Source of the DNA: Lama glama
Taxonomy: Eukaryota
Assembly: GCA_028534125.1 (NCBI GenBank)
Contig: CM052818.1
Span: forward strand, 31,436,001-31,500,000
Length of the DNA: 64,000 nt
Direction of reading: 5' to 3'
Part shown: positions 62,554 through 64,000 of the stretch, one piece after another
Position numbering within the stretch: the stretch's first letter is position 1
Layout of the letters: each line of letters begins with the position of its first letter
Notes under the pieces: model-generated
Told to the model about the DNA's origin: nothing
Seen by the model: the letters and a program-made list of their open reading frames with translations, nothing else
The model's database searches: none
Position numbers and translations under genes: made by a program

Positions 62554-63462
62554 AAAGACCATGTTTATTTAGTCCTGATTGTATCCACAACACGTAGTCC
62601 AGTGTCTGGCACAGTAAATACTTGTTGCATGAGAAATGTTTGTTGACTAAATGACTAAACATGCCACCCATGGAGAGACTGGGCTCGGCAACTTTATTAA
62701 TGTACCTTATTTAAGATCTGTGTTTCTTGATCTGGATATTAATGCTGTGTCTTATACACAGAAAGTGGAACGGGGAAAATTCAGGCAGTTATATGGGTAA
62801 TTCGAGCAGAATGGACCACCCACTCCCACCTCAATTATCTGGTGTTTTTAGATGGAAGTAGTTTCAAACCTGAAGAACTGGAGTGACTGCCTGATTTCTC
62901 CATTGCTCTTGATTTCCTGCCATTCTAGCTGCAGGCAGATGTGGAAATGCTTCCCCGTTAGGAGCACGACCCCCCAGCAGACACACGGCACCCCAGCCTG
63001 CACACACACAGGAGTGAAGAACAGAAGTAGGAGTGGCAGGAGAGGGTGTCTCGCTTTCCACTGCGAGAACCGCCACCCCGGCCTTCTGCAGCTTTCAGTG
63101 TCCTCCCCACAAGTGTGCGTCACCGGAGCCGAGGTCATCACTCCTTGACCCTGGCAAATTGGATTAGTTCTGAGCTGGACCCTCCTGGGCAGAGAACTGG
63201 GCTGACAGACCCAGTTCTAAAGGAGACACATTCTTCAATTTGGGATTTAAAAAAAGAACAGAAAAAATTCAAGCCCGAGCCAAAAAGCTTAGCTTTGTCA
63301 TGTCAATAGTATTTAAAGATGTTATTTGGCTGGAGCTGGAAGTTCTGCAAGTGAAAAACAACTTGGCTCTCTTTTCTCCCTTCCCTCCCTGTCCCTGCTG
63401 CTCCTAGCTCCATCCCTAGCTCTCCACTAAAGCTTCACCTCCTGATATGCTCTACAGGCACC

Positions 63463-64000
63463 TTTTTTTTTTTTTAATTGAAGTACAGTCAGTTATAATG
63501 TGTCAATTTCTGGTGTACAGCACAACGTCCCAGTCATACATATACATACATGTATTTGTTTTCATATTTTTTCATTAAAGATTATTATAAGATGTTGAAT
63601 ATAGTTCTCTGTGCTATACAGAAGAAATTTGTTTTCTTTAATCTATTTTTATATATAGTGGCTAACATTTGCAAATCTCAAACTCCCAAATTTATCCCTT
63701 CCCACCCCCTTTCCCTGGTAACCATGAGATTGTTTACTGTCTGCAAGTCTGTTTCTGTTTTGTAGATGAGTCCATAGTGTCCTTTTTTTCTTGTTTTTTA
63801 GATTCTGCATACAAGTGATAATCATATGGTATTTTTCTTTCTCTTTCTGGCTTACTACACTTAGAATGACAATTTCTAGGTCCATCCATGTTGCTGCAAA
63901 TGGCATTATTTTATTCTTTTTTATGGCTGAGTAGTATTCCATTGTATAAATATACCACAACTTTTTTATACAGTCATCTGTTGTTGGGCATTTAGGTTGC
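63463..64000 (-). mobile_element. Young L1 3'UTR and ORF2 C-terminus, running off the window end
   Basis: Poly(T) + aattgaagtacagtcag; ORF 63649..63960 WYIYTMEYYSAIKKNKIMPFAATWMDLE is the canonical L1 ORF2 end. Confidence 0.95.

Noticed and set aside
1..64000. ORF-track entries as host protein-coding genes
   Set aside because: All are short, many start at non-ATG codons and overlap on both strands; none resembles a protein I recognise except L1 ORF2 remnants, and no consistent exon chain was found

Overview
Mammalian non-coding genomic DNA (intergenic or deep intronic), most likely camelid. The lineage call rests on several copies of a short tRNA-derived SINE resembling camelid Vic-1 and on young L1 3' ends ending in ...CTATACTTCAATTAAAAA. 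I found no supportable protein-coding exon, structural RNA gene, CpG island or CRISPR array; the few recognisable ORF-track peptides are L1 ORF2 remnants. Much of the window is interspersed repeat: L1s of several ages (many with target-site duplications, TSDs), L2, MIR, solo LTRs (MER21-, MER74-, MLT1-like and one ERV1-type), a MER53 MITE and microsatellites. The most notable observations are: (i) a scrambled multi-segment L1 bounded by a single TSD pair, with a probable Tigger1-derived 3' transduction; (ii) a polyadenylated LTR-end-like retrocopy inside a nested TE stack; (iii) four consensus MEF2 sites in apparently repeat-free DNA, three abutting E-boxes, suggesting a muscle/MEF2 enhancer landscape. 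I cannot support a genuinely new biological system here. Family names come from recalled consensus sequences, not a database search, and boundaries without a TSD are approximate.
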